Assembly (NCBI GenBank): GCA_036388595.1
Contig: DASVRN010000308.1
Location: 1 to 57,748 of the forward strand
Length of the DNA: 57,748 nt
Direction of reading: 5' to 3'
Source of the DNA: Chloroflexia bacterium
GTDB taxonomy: Bacteria > Chloroflexota > Chloroflexia > QHBQ01 > JADMIH01
In this document: positions 17,357 to 25,842 of the stretch, in pieces
How positions within the stretch are numbered: the stretch's first letter is position 1
How the letters are laid out: each line of letters starts with the position of its first letter
The notes under the pieces: generated by a model
The model's input: only the letters and a program-made list of their open reading frames with translations
What the model was told of the DNA's origin: nothing
Database searches by the model: none
Translations under genes and position numbers: made by a program

Positions 17357-18502
17357 ATGACTTTAGACGTTAGAGACGACACACTTTCCCCGGCTACCGG
17401 AACTTCTTCCCCAAGCGAGGCAAAGGAACGACCCATGATTACTCTCTCACAGGAGGTCCAGGATAGAGCCGACGTGGCCCAGGGCAGGCGCGCTTCTATC
17501 AGGACCGAGAACCTTACTCGACACTACAAGGTGAAGCCCGACAAGAAGAAGGGCCAGGCCGCGAAGACGCTGGTCGCGCTGGACAACGTCAGTCTGGAAG
17601 TCTATGAGGGTGAGTTGTTTGGCCTGCTCGGACCCAACGGCGCGGGCAAGACCACCCTTATCAAGATACTCACGACCCTGCTGGCCCCGACCGGCGGCAT
17701 TGCCTACGTTGACGACCTGGACGTGGTAAGACAGGCCAACACGGTGCGCCAGCGCATCAATATGGTGAGTGGCGGTGAGACGAGCGGCTACGGCGTTCTC
17801 AAGGTGCGCGAGAACCTGTGGATGTTCAGCCAGTTCTACGGCGTCACATGGAAGGACGCGAACGCGCGCATAGAAGAAATGCTCAAGATCGTTGAGCTTG
17901 AGGACAAGGCGAACGCGCTGGTCAGCACGCTCAGCACCGGGCAGCGCCAGAGGATGAACTTCTGTCGCGGCTTCATAACGGACCCGAAGGTGATTTTCCT
18001 CGATGAGCCGACCCTGGGCCTGGACGTCCATGCGGCCCGCATCGTGCGTGACTTCACCAAGGGTTGGTTGCAGAAGAACCCGGATCGGACGCTGTTGCTC
18101 ACCACGCACTACATGGCCGAAGCCGACGAGCTATGCGACCGGATCGCCATCATCGACCACGGCAAAGTGCTCGCCTGCGACACCCCCTCGAACCTCAAGC
18201 GCTCGCTGCAAAGCCAGCCCATCTTCGAGATCGGCGTGTCGGGTATCACCGAGCGCACGATACCCCTGCTGGGTGACGCGCCCGGCGTGGAGCGCGTCAC
18301 CGGCGAGCCTGACGCCAGCGGCTCCACTTACAAGCTTAAGTTCATTCTCAAGGACGAGTCCGCGATTAGCTCCGTAGTGCAGGCGCTAACCTCGCAGGAA
18401 GCGAGCATACTCAACCTGCAAAAGCACGAGCCGACGCTGGAAGACGTGTTCATCAAGCTCGTGGGCCGCAGCCTGAGCGAAGAGGACAAGAGCAACAAAT
18501 AA
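17357..18502 (+). CDS. ABC transporter ATP-binding protein (ABC-2/DrrA-like exporter subfamily)
   Basis: Walker A GPNGAGKTT, signature LSTGQRQR, Walker B VIFLDEPT. An alternative start at ATG 17435 (MITLSQ...) is possible. Confidence 0.9.
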   Translation: MTLDVRDDTLSPATGTSSPSEAKERPMITLSQEVQDRADVAQGRRASIRTENLTRHYKVKPDKKKGQAAKTLVALDNVSLEVYEGELFGLLGPNGAGKTTLIKILTTLLAPTGGIAYVDDLDVVRQANTVRQRINMVSGGETSGYGVLKVRENLWMFSQFYGVTWKDANARIEEMLKIVELEDKANALVSTLSTGQRQRMNFCRGFITDPKVIFLDEPTLGLDVHAARIVRDFTKGWLQKNPDRTLLLTTHYMAEADELCDRIAIIDHGKVLACDTPSNLKRSLQSQPIFEIGVSGITERTIPLLGDAPGVERVTGEPDASGSTYKLKFILKDESAISSVVQALTSQEASILNLQKHEPTLEDVFIKLVGRSLSEEDKSNK

Positions 18503-18526
18503 GCACCCGCGCAGGAGGTAAGTGTC

Positions 18527-19360
18527 GTGAGAAAAAGCACCGGTGTGGAGTTGTTCCTGCGGGCCGCGTTCGGCCGGGGTTACCCACGCGTGATTGGCGC
18601 GCAACGAGAGCTTAGCTGGCTCTTCTTCGACATCGTCATACCGATGATTACCATGTCGGCCTCTGTCTTCCTTTATAAGGCCTTGCAGGCCGATCCTGCT
18701 TACATTGGCTTTGTCGTGCTAGGGGCGGCTCTGGCTACCTACTGGCTGAACGTGCTCTGGATGATGGCCTCCCAGCTTTACTGGGACAAGCAAGCGGGGC
18801 TGTTGGAGATCTATATCATGTCACCGGCTTCCATGATGGCTATCCTGCTCGGCATGGGAGTCGGAGGTCTCTACATGAGCACGCTCCGCGCAGGCTCGAT
18901 AGCCATCGTGGGAACGCTGCTTTTCAACGTCCAGATGGATGTCTCGCAGTGGGGAGCGGCGGCCCTCGTCTTCTTCGTGACTATGGTGGCGTTGTACGGG
19001 CTGGGCATGGTACTTAGCTCCGTCTTCCTGATGTGGGGCCGGGAGGCGTGGCAGGTATCGCTGGCGCTCCAGGAGCCTGTGTTCTTCATGTCGGGTCTGA
19101 ATTTCCCTTTGAACCAGCTATTCAACAGCATTCAGGCCCTCACTACGGTGGTGTCGGCGCTCATCCCGGTGGGGTTGGGGCTGGACGCGCTAAGACAGTT
19201 GCTCTTCCCCGGCAAGATCGAAGGGGTGCTCCCCTGGGGCCTCGAACTGGGCGCGCTCGTGATTATGGGAGTGATCTTCGTCACAGTGGCTTACCTGATG
19301 CTCAAGCGCATGGAATGGCTGGCGAAGGTCGAGGCGCGGCTTAGCCTGCGGTGGCAATAA
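18527..19360 (+). CDS. ABC-2 type transporter permease
   Basis: Multi-TM protein directly after the ATPase. AGGAGG RBS before GTG 18527. Confidence 0.85.
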   Translation: MRKSTGVELFLRAAFGRGYPRVIGAQRELSWLFFDIVIPMITMSASVFLYKALQADPAYIGFVVLGAALATYWLNVLWMMASQLYWDKQAGLLEIYIMSPASMMAILLGMGVGGLYMSTLRAGSIAIVGTLLFNVQMDVSQWGAAALVFFVTMVALYGLGMVLSSVFLMWGREAWQVSLALQEPVFFMSGLNFPLNQLFNSIQALTTVVSALIPVGLGLDALRQLLFPGKIEGVLPWGLELGALVIMGVIFVTVAYLMLKRMEWLAKVEARLSLRWQ

Positions 19361-19370
19361 GGAGTTAGAG

Positions 19371-20309
19371 ATGTTCGAAACAGGGACCACAGCAGAAAGT
19401 AACGCCCGCCCGATGTCGGAGGCCCGGCAGAATCTGAGGACCTTCAGGATCGCGGCGTGGCTGGGCTGGCAGGTGGAAGGCAACTGGGCCGACCCGCTGG
19501 TGTTCTTCATCTTTACAATCCTGCGCCCAATGGCCTCGGCCCTCATCCTCTTCGTCATGTACGAGGTGATCCGGGGCGGCCAGCGCGACAGCTTCTTTGA
19601 TTACCTGTACGTGAGCAACGCCTTCTTCATGGTGGTATTGCAGGCGCTGTCGGGTATGGCCTGGGCGGTGCTGGACGACCGTGAGAACTACAGGATGCTC
19701 AAGTACATCTATACCTCTCCGGCTCGTCACCTGTCATACCTGCTCGGCAGGGCGGTAGCAAAGGTGCTTATCGGCATGGTAACCACCTTGATCCTGTTAG
19801 TTACGGGCGTCTTGTTTCTGGGACTCCGCATCGACCTGTCGCAGATCGCCTGGGGCTGGCTCATAGTGTACTTCATACTTGGGCTGGTAATTTTGCTTTC
19901 CCTGGGCATCGTAATGGCGGGCGTGGCGCTGGTAGTAGCCAGGAATGGGGCAGCGATAGGTGAAGTGGTAGGTGGCGCCCTGTTGCTGTTCAGTGGGGCC
20001 TATTTCGCCGTGGACATCCTGCCTACGCCGCTCAAAGAGATCAGCTTAGGTGTTCCGATAACTTACTGGCTCGAGGCCATGCGGCGCGCTATTGAAGGCG
20101 GCATTCTTACAGTCACGGTGCAGGGTGCCGACGGGCAGGTGGTAACGCAAGCCGTCAGCCCCGTGCTCGCCCAGTTCGACAACTGGCAGTTGCTGGGCAT
20201 CCTCAGCTTCTCAGCGCTGGTTTGTACCGCGGTCGCCTACTTTTTCTATAACTGGGTTGAGAACGCGGCTAAGGAGCGGGGCATGATAGACAGGTTGACC
20301 GGCTATTAG
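19371..20309 (+). CDS. ABC-2 type transporter permease (second subunit)
   Basis: Multi-TM protein. AAGGAG RBS before ATG 19371. Same operon as 17357..19360. Confidence 0.85.
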   Translation: MFETGTTAESNARPMSEARQNLRTFRIAAWLGWQVEGNWADPLVFFIFTILRPMASALILFVMYEVIRGGQRDSFFDYLYVSNAFFMVVLQALSGMAWAVLDDRENYRMLKYIYTSPARHLSYLLGRAVAKVLIGMVTTLILLVTGVLFLGLRIDLSQIAWGWLIVYFILGLVILLSLGIVMAGVALVVARNGAAIGEVVGGALLLFSGAYFAVDILPTPLKEISLGVPITYWLEAMRRAIEGGILTVTVQGADGQVVTQAVSPVLAQFDNWQLLGILSFSALVCTAVAYFFYNWVENAAKERGMIDRLTGY

Positions 20310-20370
20310 GAGCTGTTGACCCGGTGTTACAGTTTAGAAGCTATCTCACACATAGTAGCCTCAAGTACTG

Positions 20371-20540
20371 GCGACCAAGACCCTGCCTTGTCATTTCGAA
20401 CGGAGTGAGAAATCTCGTCCCTCACCCCAATGTTACCTCTTTCCTGCGGTGCTGAGATGATGAAAGAAAAGTGAGACTTGGGTGGTGAGGGACGAGATTT
20501 CTCACTCCGTTCGAAATGACAAGGGTGGGGCTTTGGGTGC
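20371..20540. repeat. MITE-like palindromic element, copy 1 (inverted relative to copy 2)
   Basis: Perfect 41-nt inverted repeat, 20386-20426 with 20484-20524 (CCTTGTCATTTCGAACGGAGTGAGAAATCTCGTCCCTCACC). A near-identical element lies at 42688..42866. Confidence 0.75.
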
Positions 20541-20583
20541 TCACCTCTTCATTAGTATTCGTTGGATGGCTTCTAATCACTTT

Positions 20584-20615
20584 GCGAAGGCGTAGTCTCA
20601 CGGCTACGCCTTCGC
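20584..20615 (+). terminator. 12-bp perfect hairpin downstream of the ABC-2 operon and MITE
   Basis: GCGAAGGCGTAG (20584-20595) pairs with CTACGCCTTCGC (20604-20615). It is followed by an A-tract rather than a U-tract, so terminator function is uncertain. Confidence 0.35.
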
Positions 20616-20787
20616 GCACCAAAAAAGCCTGAAGCGTCTTAGTTTACATATCCCTCGAGATATACAATCCTAGTTGGACGGACCAACCAGAGCAGCATCC
20701 CGGCAGGTCGAACGGAACTCTGTTGAGTGTTATAATGCCCCGAAGCGACAATTTCAGTCGCCCAGTACCACAGGAGGATATCGAATA

Positions 20788-21234
20788 ATGGCACTTGCAG
20801 AAAGACGAGCCAACGCAGTCTGGGAGGGTAACCTGACCGAGGGCAGCGGCCGGGTACAGGTAGGTAGTGGCGCCCTCGAGGAGTTCCCCGTCACCTGGGC
20901 CTCCCGCACCGAAAGCTCGAACGGCAAAACCAGCCCGGAAGAATTGATGGCAGCCGCCGAGGCAGCCTGTTTCTCAATGGCCCTCTCCAACGACCTCGCA
21001 AAGCAGGGGAACACACCCGAGCGGGTGTCCGTGGCCGCTGTATGCACATTGGACCGTGTTGAGGGAAAGCTGAAGGTCACTACCATGGACCTGGAGGTCA
21101 CCGGACGCGTGCCCGGCATCGACCAGGAAGCGTTCCAGGCGGCTGCCGAGAATACCGCGCGCAACTGCCCTATCTCCGGGGCCCTGGTAGGCAACGTAGA
21201 CATTCGAGTGCGGGCGACACTCGAAGCCAGCTAA
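20788..21234 (+). CDS. osmC: OsmC-family peroxiredoxin / organic hydroperoxide reductase-like protein
   Basis: RANAVWEGNLTEGSGRV...TSPEELMAAAEAACFSMAL is typical of OsmC. AGGAGG RBS at 20772-20777, ATG at 20788. A TGTTATAAT extended -10 lies at 20728-20736. Confidence 0.9.
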   Translation: MALAERRANAVWEGNLTEGSGRVQVGSGALEEFPVTWASRTESSNGKTSPEELMAAAEAACFSMALSNDLAKQGNTPERVSVAAVCTLDRVEGKLKVTTMDLEVTGRVPGIDQEAFQAAAENTARNCPISGALVGNVDIRVRATLEAS

Positions 21235-21260
21235 ACTAAGCACTAGGTGACACCTTTACC

Positions 21261-21292
21261 TGGGAGAGGCTGCTTCGCCGCTTCTCCCATTT
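21261..21292 (+). terminator. probable terminator after osmC
   Basis: TGGGAGAGGC pairs with GCC..TCTCCCA (one 3-nt bulge), followed by TTTGCGTT. Confidence 0.45.
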
Positions 21293-21317
21293 GCGTTAAT
21301 TTGAGGGCTGGGAGGCT

Positions 21318-23576
21318 GTGGCGATGAAGCACCGGCGGGCGGGCGCGGTCCTCCTCATCGCGCTGTTGTGGGCGGGCTTGCTGCTATCTCCCACACCCGC
21401 ATATGCTCACGCGCGCCTGCTTGGAAGCTCTCCTGCCCCCGGCTCGTCAATGGAGACCGCGCCCTCACAGATCGAGATTACCCTGAGTGAGGCCGTAACA
21501 CTAGAGTTCAGCACTATAGTGCTCCTCAACCGCAGCCGCCAGGAGATACCGCTAGGCCCTATCGCTTACGGAAGCCAAGGCGAGACAAGCGTCAGTGTCT
21601 CCCCCAAGGATGTTCTACCCCCCGGCACCTACGGGGCAATCTGGAGGGTAGTTTCCGCGATTGACGGTCACCTTACCACCGGGAGCTTTGTCTTCCGCGT
21701 ACTGAATGCCGGAGACAGCCCACAGACACCTCTCGAGCCGGTCCCAGGAGCGAGCAGTGCTAACGAGGCCACACCGGGAACCCTGAGAACAGCGGAGCAG
21801 CGCCCTGGCCTCATTCACTGGCTCGTGCGTGCCCTGGTGCTTGCGTGCATCACGTTCTGTCTGGGCGGTGCGATCTTCCTGGTCCTGGTGGTTGAACCGG
21901 CGGCTGGAGAGTTGGGGAGGGTGGAGGAGGGCACGTGGGCGGTGCTCGGTGCCAGGTTCGCCATGCTCGGGTCTATCGCGGCGGCTGCGCTAGTGCCTCT
22001 GTTAGCGCTAGACTTCTGGGCACAAGTTGCGGCCATCTCAGAGACGGACTTGCCGGGCGCAGTGTGGCGGGCGGACCTGGGGAGCCTGCTGCTTTCCAAC
22101 ACGCGCTACGGCTTTGCATGGGCGATGAAGGTGTTGAGTGCGCTAGTGTTGTTCGGGGTGTTTATGTACCTGCGGGTGCGCCGAACGCCAGGCGGGGGCC
22201 TCTGGGAGATTGGCATCGCTGCCGGATCGCTATTCCTGCTTGCCGAGTCGTTGAGCAGTCACGCGGCAGCGGTGGTGGGCGAAGACGTCGGAGGGTTGCC
22301 ACTACCCGTGATTAGCGACTGGGTGCATCTCGTAACGGCCTCAACGTGGACCGGCGGGCTGCTGTTCTTCGTGTTCGTACTGTTCCCCACGTACCGCAAC
22401 CTGCGCCACTCGCAGGCCGGGCGGCGGGCTTTCCTGGGGGCCGCCGTGCCGCGGTTTTCAAGGTTGGCGCTGGTGAGTGTGCTCGCTCTGGGCCTCTCCG
22501 GCACGTATAACCTTGCTATTCAGACGACGGACCTCTCAGCCATCGCTTCAAGCCTGTACGGGCAGGTTGTCGGCCTGAAAGTCCTTCTCTTTGGAGCGCT
22601 CCTTCTCATCGGCGCCCTGAATCTAGCTCATCTTACACCCCGCTTGAGGTCGGCTCGTGCGGAGGAAGGTGCGGGCATAATCTCAAGCTTTCGGCGCAAT
22701 ATGCGGCTCGAAGTAGCGCTCATGGCCGTGGTCCTGCTCTGTGCAGGAGGGCTGACCCTCTTACCTCCTCCCAGCGTTGAGACCGCCGCAGCAACGCCAG
22801 CTCCACAGGACCAACGCGGCCTGACCCTCCCGACGGTGCCTTCGGCTATGCCCGGTGCTACTAGCACCATACTACCTGTGCCGGTGGTTGCCGCCACCTC
22901 GATTGCAGGTACTTCGTTCGCCATTGCGGTCGAGAAGGCAAGTACGGCCGACGTCTTCACTCTAACGCTGCGAACTGAAGCTGGTACCCAGGACGTGCTA
23001 GCTGATGTGACGCGCCTGGTCTTCACGGTAAGCCCGCAGAGCCTGGAGGCAGGTAGTACTGCCCTCCGCGCAGAACGTGCGGCGGGAACAGCGGACGGGA
23101 CGCAGGTCTGGGTGGCGAGAGCGCCGGTACTAGCGTTGGAAGGCGACTATCTGGTCACAGCCGTTGCGCAGCGGGCCGATAGTGGCGACCTGAAGGCCGC
23201 GTTCTGGCTGACACTCTCAGAAGGTGAACAGATTGCAGTGCGCGCAATCGATTACCTGGAGGCCCGATTTCTGACTGTGCCGGAGCCTGCACGTGTTGGG
23301 CTGACGCAGGTCGTTGTAGAGATGCGAGGGTCCGAAGGCGGGCCGGTAAGCGGCGTCGTTGTGGCTTTCGAGGCTTCAGGTAGCGCCAACCGTAAAGTTG
23401 GAGCGACGCCGGTGCGCATGATACCGACCGGTGTAGCGGGTCAGTATGCTACTGAAGTGATATTTCCGTCCGCCGGTCCCTGGGTCCTGGAAGTCAGCGC
23501 GGCGCGTGCAGGGCAGCCCGACATCCGGTTCACGGCGAGCATTGACGTACTGGAGGGGACAGTGTCCCGGCCCTGA
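21318..23576 (+). CDS. copper resistance CopC/CopD fusion protein with a long C-terminal extracytoplasmic extension
   Basis: Signal peptide, then CopC start AHARLLGSSPAPGS. Eight or more hydrophobic CopD-like segments. About 270 aa of beta-rich C-terminus (YtkA/FixH-like by resemblance). Confidence 0.85.
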   Translation: MAMKHRRAGAVLLIALLWAGLLLSPTPAYAHARLLGSSPAPGSSMETAPSQIEITLSEAVTLEFSTIVLLNRSRQEIPLGPIAYGSQGETSVSVSPKDVLPPGTYGAIWRVVSAIDGHLTTGSFVFRVLNAGDSPQTPLEPVPGASSANEATPGTLRTAEQRPGLIHWLVRALVLACITFCLGGAIFLVLVVEPAAGELGRVEEGTWAVLGARFAMLGSIAAAALVPLLALDFWAQVAAISETDLPGAVWRADLGSLLLSNTRYGFAWAMKVLSALVLFGVFMYLRVRRTPGGGLWEIGIAAGSLFLLAESLSSHAAAVVGEDVGGLPLPVISDWVHLVTASTWTGGLLFFVFVLFPTYRNLRHSQAGRRAFLGAAVPRFSRLALVSVLALGLSGTYNLAIQTTDLSAIASSLYGQVVGLKVLLFGALLLIGALNLAHLTPRLRSARAEEGAGIISSFRRNMRLEVALMAVVLLCAGGLTLLPPPSVETAAATPAPQDQRGLTLPTVPSAMPGATSTILPVPVVAATSIAGTSFAIAVEKASTADVFTLTLRTEAGTQDVLADVTRLVFTVSPQSLEAGSTALRAERAAGTADGTQVWVARAPVLALEGDYLVTAVAQRADSGDLKAAFWLTLSEGEQIAVRAIDYLEARFLTVPEPARVGLTQVVVEMRGSEGGPVSGVVVAFEASGSANRKVGATPVRMIPTGVAGQYATEVIFPSAGPWVLEVSAARAGQPDIRFTASIDVLEGTVSRP

Positions 23577-23724
23577 GCGTTGCCGGAGTTTGTAGTGAAG
23601 ATAGTTGTAGGATACATATCCCATAAAGCACCAACTTACAACAGGGACGAACAGAGGTATATCACTTGCTAACCTGGAAGCTTAAAGAGATTTCTTATAA
23701 TCGACGCGTAGGGAGGAACTAACG

Positions 23725-23898
23725 ATGCTCAACGAGACGCAAGACAACCGCCAAAGCATTGAGGAAGACAACTCTAGCACCATTCCTCAGCCCGAAGGAC
23801 AGGACCCCATAGAAGATCTCAGGCCCAGCCAGGCCGAAGGGGACCGAGACACTGTGGAAGCCGACCTCCGAGATAACGAGCCGCCGACGCAGTCCTAA
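23725..23898 (+). CDS. small acidic hydrophilic protein (57 aa), hypothetical; below the ORF-track size cutoff
   Basis: GGGAGGA RBS at 23711-23717 and ATG at 23725. MLNETQDNRQSIEEDNSSTIPQPEGQDPIEDLRPSQAEGDRDTVEADLRDNEPPTQS, TAA at 23896-23898. There is no homology evidence. Confidence 0.4.
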   Translation: MLNETQDNRQSIEEDNSSTIPQPEGQDPIEDLRPSQAEGDRDTVEADLRDNEPPTQS

Positions 23899-23912
23899 GA
23901 AGAATTGAGGCG

Positions 23913-24230
23913 TTAGTGAGGGAGATGCGCCTCCAAGCATGTGACGCCTTCGGGACCTACCTGGGCATCGTGGCGTACGCCCCGCGGTAGGTCCAGGCGG
24001 TCGCCTGCTTCCAGTAAGACGCTTTGGCCAAGCTCCGGTAGGCCGAAGGTGATGGAGCCGCGCACAACGTAGATTACCTTATCGTAGGAGTGGCTGTGCG
24101 CCGCGTAGGTATCGTGCGGCCCGTTCCGCCACTCGTAGGCTGAGAGGCCTTCTTGCCCGACCAGGCGCTGAATTGCGGCTTCGGTGGCAGGCTGTTCCCC
24201 TTGCCACTTCGTAACTTGTACCCCACTCAC
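23913..24230 (-). CDS. cupin domain protein
   Basis: AHSHSYDKVIYVVRGSITF...GDRLDLPRGVRHDA matches the two-motif cupin pattern. Confidence 0.8.
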   Translation of the reverse strand: MSGVQVTKWQGEQPATEAAIQRLVGQEGLSAYEWRNGPHDTYAAHSHSYDKVIYVVRGSITFGLPELGQSVLLEAGDRLDLPRGVRHDAQVGPEGVTCLEAHLPH

Positions 24231-24247
24231 GACTTACGCTCCATACT

Positions 24248-24616
24248 TTAGTTGATCCCCGTCACATCCTCGTCCTCAGCGCGCCAGGCCGGGTCTACAA
24301 TGCACAGGAACACAAGATCGCCGTCGCCGGAGTTTTCTACGAACTGTGTGGCTCCTGGTGGCACGTAGACTATCTGTCCGGCTTCCACCTCACTGGATTC
24401 ATCGTCTATGTACAGCCTGCCCCGGCCAAGCAAGAAATAGTATACCTCGGAGCCCGTGAGGCGGTGAGGTAAAGAACGTCCGCGCGGCCTGAGCAGGGCC
24501 TGGGCTATACTGTAGCGGATCGGCGCGCCATGTACTGCCGGGTGCAGTACCTCCCTGAGCAGCGTCTCATCACCCGCCATGAACTCAGGGCAGTCAGCCA
24601 CCTTCACGATTAACAT
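24248..24616 (-). CDS. cupin domain protein
   Basis: SEVYYFLLGRGRLYIDDE...GQIVYVPPGATQFVENSGDGDLVFLCI is a cupin beta-barrel signature. Confidence 0.8.
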   Translation of the reverse strand: MLIVKVADCPEFMAGDETLLREVLHPAVHGAPIRYSIAQALLRPRGRSLPHRLTGSEVYYFLLGRGRLYIDDESSEVEAGQIVYVPPGATQFVENSGDGDLVFLCIVDPAWRAEDEDVTGIN

Positions 24617-24633
24617 TGGTTACGCCTTTCAAT

Positions 24634-24655
24634 CAGATGCCTGTCAGATGCCTGT
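24634..24655. repeat. perfect tandem duplication of an 11-mer (CAGATGCCTGT x2) in the cupin gene leader
   Basis: Read directly at 24634-24644 and 24645-24655, which is 18-39 nt upstream of the minus-strand start codon at 24616. Confidence 0.85.
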
Positions 24656-24861
24656 AACTCTCGACCTGGTAAGAACTAGCTCTGTATTTTACCTCTAGAA
24701 GTCTCGTTCCGCACGGCGGCCGTGATGAGGGCAGCGAGCGGCTACTGGCACACCCCTTGCTTGCTCAATACGGATAGAAAAACAGCCCACCGGCGATGGG
24801 AGCAGGCAGATATAGTGACTGTCTTTGCGCAGGAGCGGGTGGGAATGAAAGGAGCACTACG

Positions 24862-25014
24862 ATGGTAAAGAAGGGACAGGAGCAGGTGAGCCGCATGGAC
24901 TCGCCACGCCAGGGCGAAGAGCGCGACCCCAAAGAAGGCAAGATCAAGCATAAGGGTGGTTCGGAGAGCCAGCGCAGGGCCAGCCCGCCGAGCGAAGGTA
25001 GCTCAAAGGGCTAG
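24862..25014 (+). CDS. small basic/hydrophilic protein (50 aa), hypothetical
   Basis: AAAGGAG RBS 7 nt before ATG 24862 (MVKKGQEQVSRMDSPRQGEERDPKEGKIKHKGGSESQRR...). The longer track ORF from 24796 has no RBS. Confidence 0.5.
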   Translation: MVKKGQEQVSRMDSPRQGEERDPKEGKIKHKGGSESQRRASPPSEGSSKG

Positions 25015-25049
25015 TTTGGCGCTAACCAATACCGGAGGTACTCGAAGTT

Positions 25050-25352
25050 ATGGCGAAGCAGGGACAGCACAACAACGACGCAGACGACAAGGACAAGTCG
25101 AAAGGCCCTAACAACCCGTCCAAGAGCGTAGACGTTATCACCGGGCCTCCGAAGAAGCAGGAGACTTATGCTCAGCAAGCGGCCGAGGGTAAGGACACCG
25201 ACAGGCCGCCCTCGCAACAACGAAACGCGTGGGACGAAGACACCCGCGATAAGCCCACAATCGAAGTCAGCGTAAGGGCGCGCGACTCTGATATCGGCAG
25301 CGGGCGCAGTGGCAGCGACTCGAACGCTGGCCCTGGCACACAAGGAGGCTGA
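25050..25352 (+). CDS. hydrophilic low-complexity protein (100 aa), hypothetical
   Basis: GGAGG at 25034-25038. MAKQGQHNNDADDKDKSKGPNN... has no hydrophobic segment. Its TGA lies 1 nt before the next gene's ATG, within that gene's RBS-to-start region. Confidence 0.6.
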   Translation: MAKQGQHNNDADDKDKSKGPNNPSKSVDVITGPPKKQETYAQQAAEGKDTDRPPSQQRNAWDEDTRDKPTIEVSVRARDSDIGSGRSGSDSNAGPGTQGG

Positions 25353-25353
25353 C

Positions 25354-25776
25354 ATGGGCGCATCTGGTGGTGGGGGTGGCGGTTCGGCAAGCTTCAGCGA
25401 AGAGGACAGGTACTGGGACCAGGACCTTCGCCCGGACGACAATGCCGGGCAGAACGACGGCGTGCAGGGGCTGCACCCGGAGAAGGCCGATGGCGTTAGT
25501 ACGGCTTACGATATCAAGGACTTGCATAACCGCCTCGAGGGGTTCACCGACGACGAACTAAAGCAGATCACGGTCCTTCCGGTGGGCAGTAGGCTGGAGC
25601 AGAACGCTACGTATATCGACTTGCGCGCGCATGATCCCCAGGAGCTTACCGCGTGGGGCGATATGGAAGCAGGACCTGAGAACTGGTACGTACCGAAGAC
25701 CGAGGTAGATTACCAACTGTGGAACCGGCTGCTCGGAGTCCAGAACCCCGAGCGCACCGGGGAAGCTGACGACTGA
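25354..25776 (+). CDS. hypothetical protein (140 aa) with a Gly-rich N-terminus
   Basis: AAGGAGG at 25342-25348, 5 nt before ATG 25354 (MGASGGGGGGSASFSEEDRYWDQ...). No motif I recognise. Confidence 0.65.
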   Translation: MGASGGGGGGSASFSEEDRYWDQDLRPDDNAGQNDGVQGLHPEKADGVSTAYDIKDLHNRLEGFTDDELKQITVLPVGSRLEQNATYIDLRAHDPQELTAWGDMEAGPENWYVPKTEVDYQLWNRLLGVQNPERTGEADD

Positions 25777-25800
25777 CGACTGGCGGCGCAACCTAGCTAC

Positions 25801-25842
25801 AATGCAGACTAGACCCTCTACAAGAAGGGTCTAGTCTGCATT
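25801..25842. terminator. 17-bp perfect hairpin between convergent genes (bidirectional terminator candidate)
   Basis: AATGCAGACTAGACCCT (25801-25817) pairs with AGGGTCTAGTCTGCATT (25826-25842). The integrase stop codon (25831-25833) lies inside the right arm. Confidence 0.6.

Noticed and set aside
20422-20622. Small ORFs inside the MITE-like elements (20422..20622 minus; 42652..42846 and 42722..42907 plus)
   Set aside because: They read through the inverted repeats and differ between copies outside the arms. They are most simply explained as repeat translation artefacts.
23719-23940. 73-aa minus-strand ORF
   Set aside because: It overlaps both the RBS-supported 57-aa plus-strand ORF and the 3-prime end of the cupin gene, and has no start signals.
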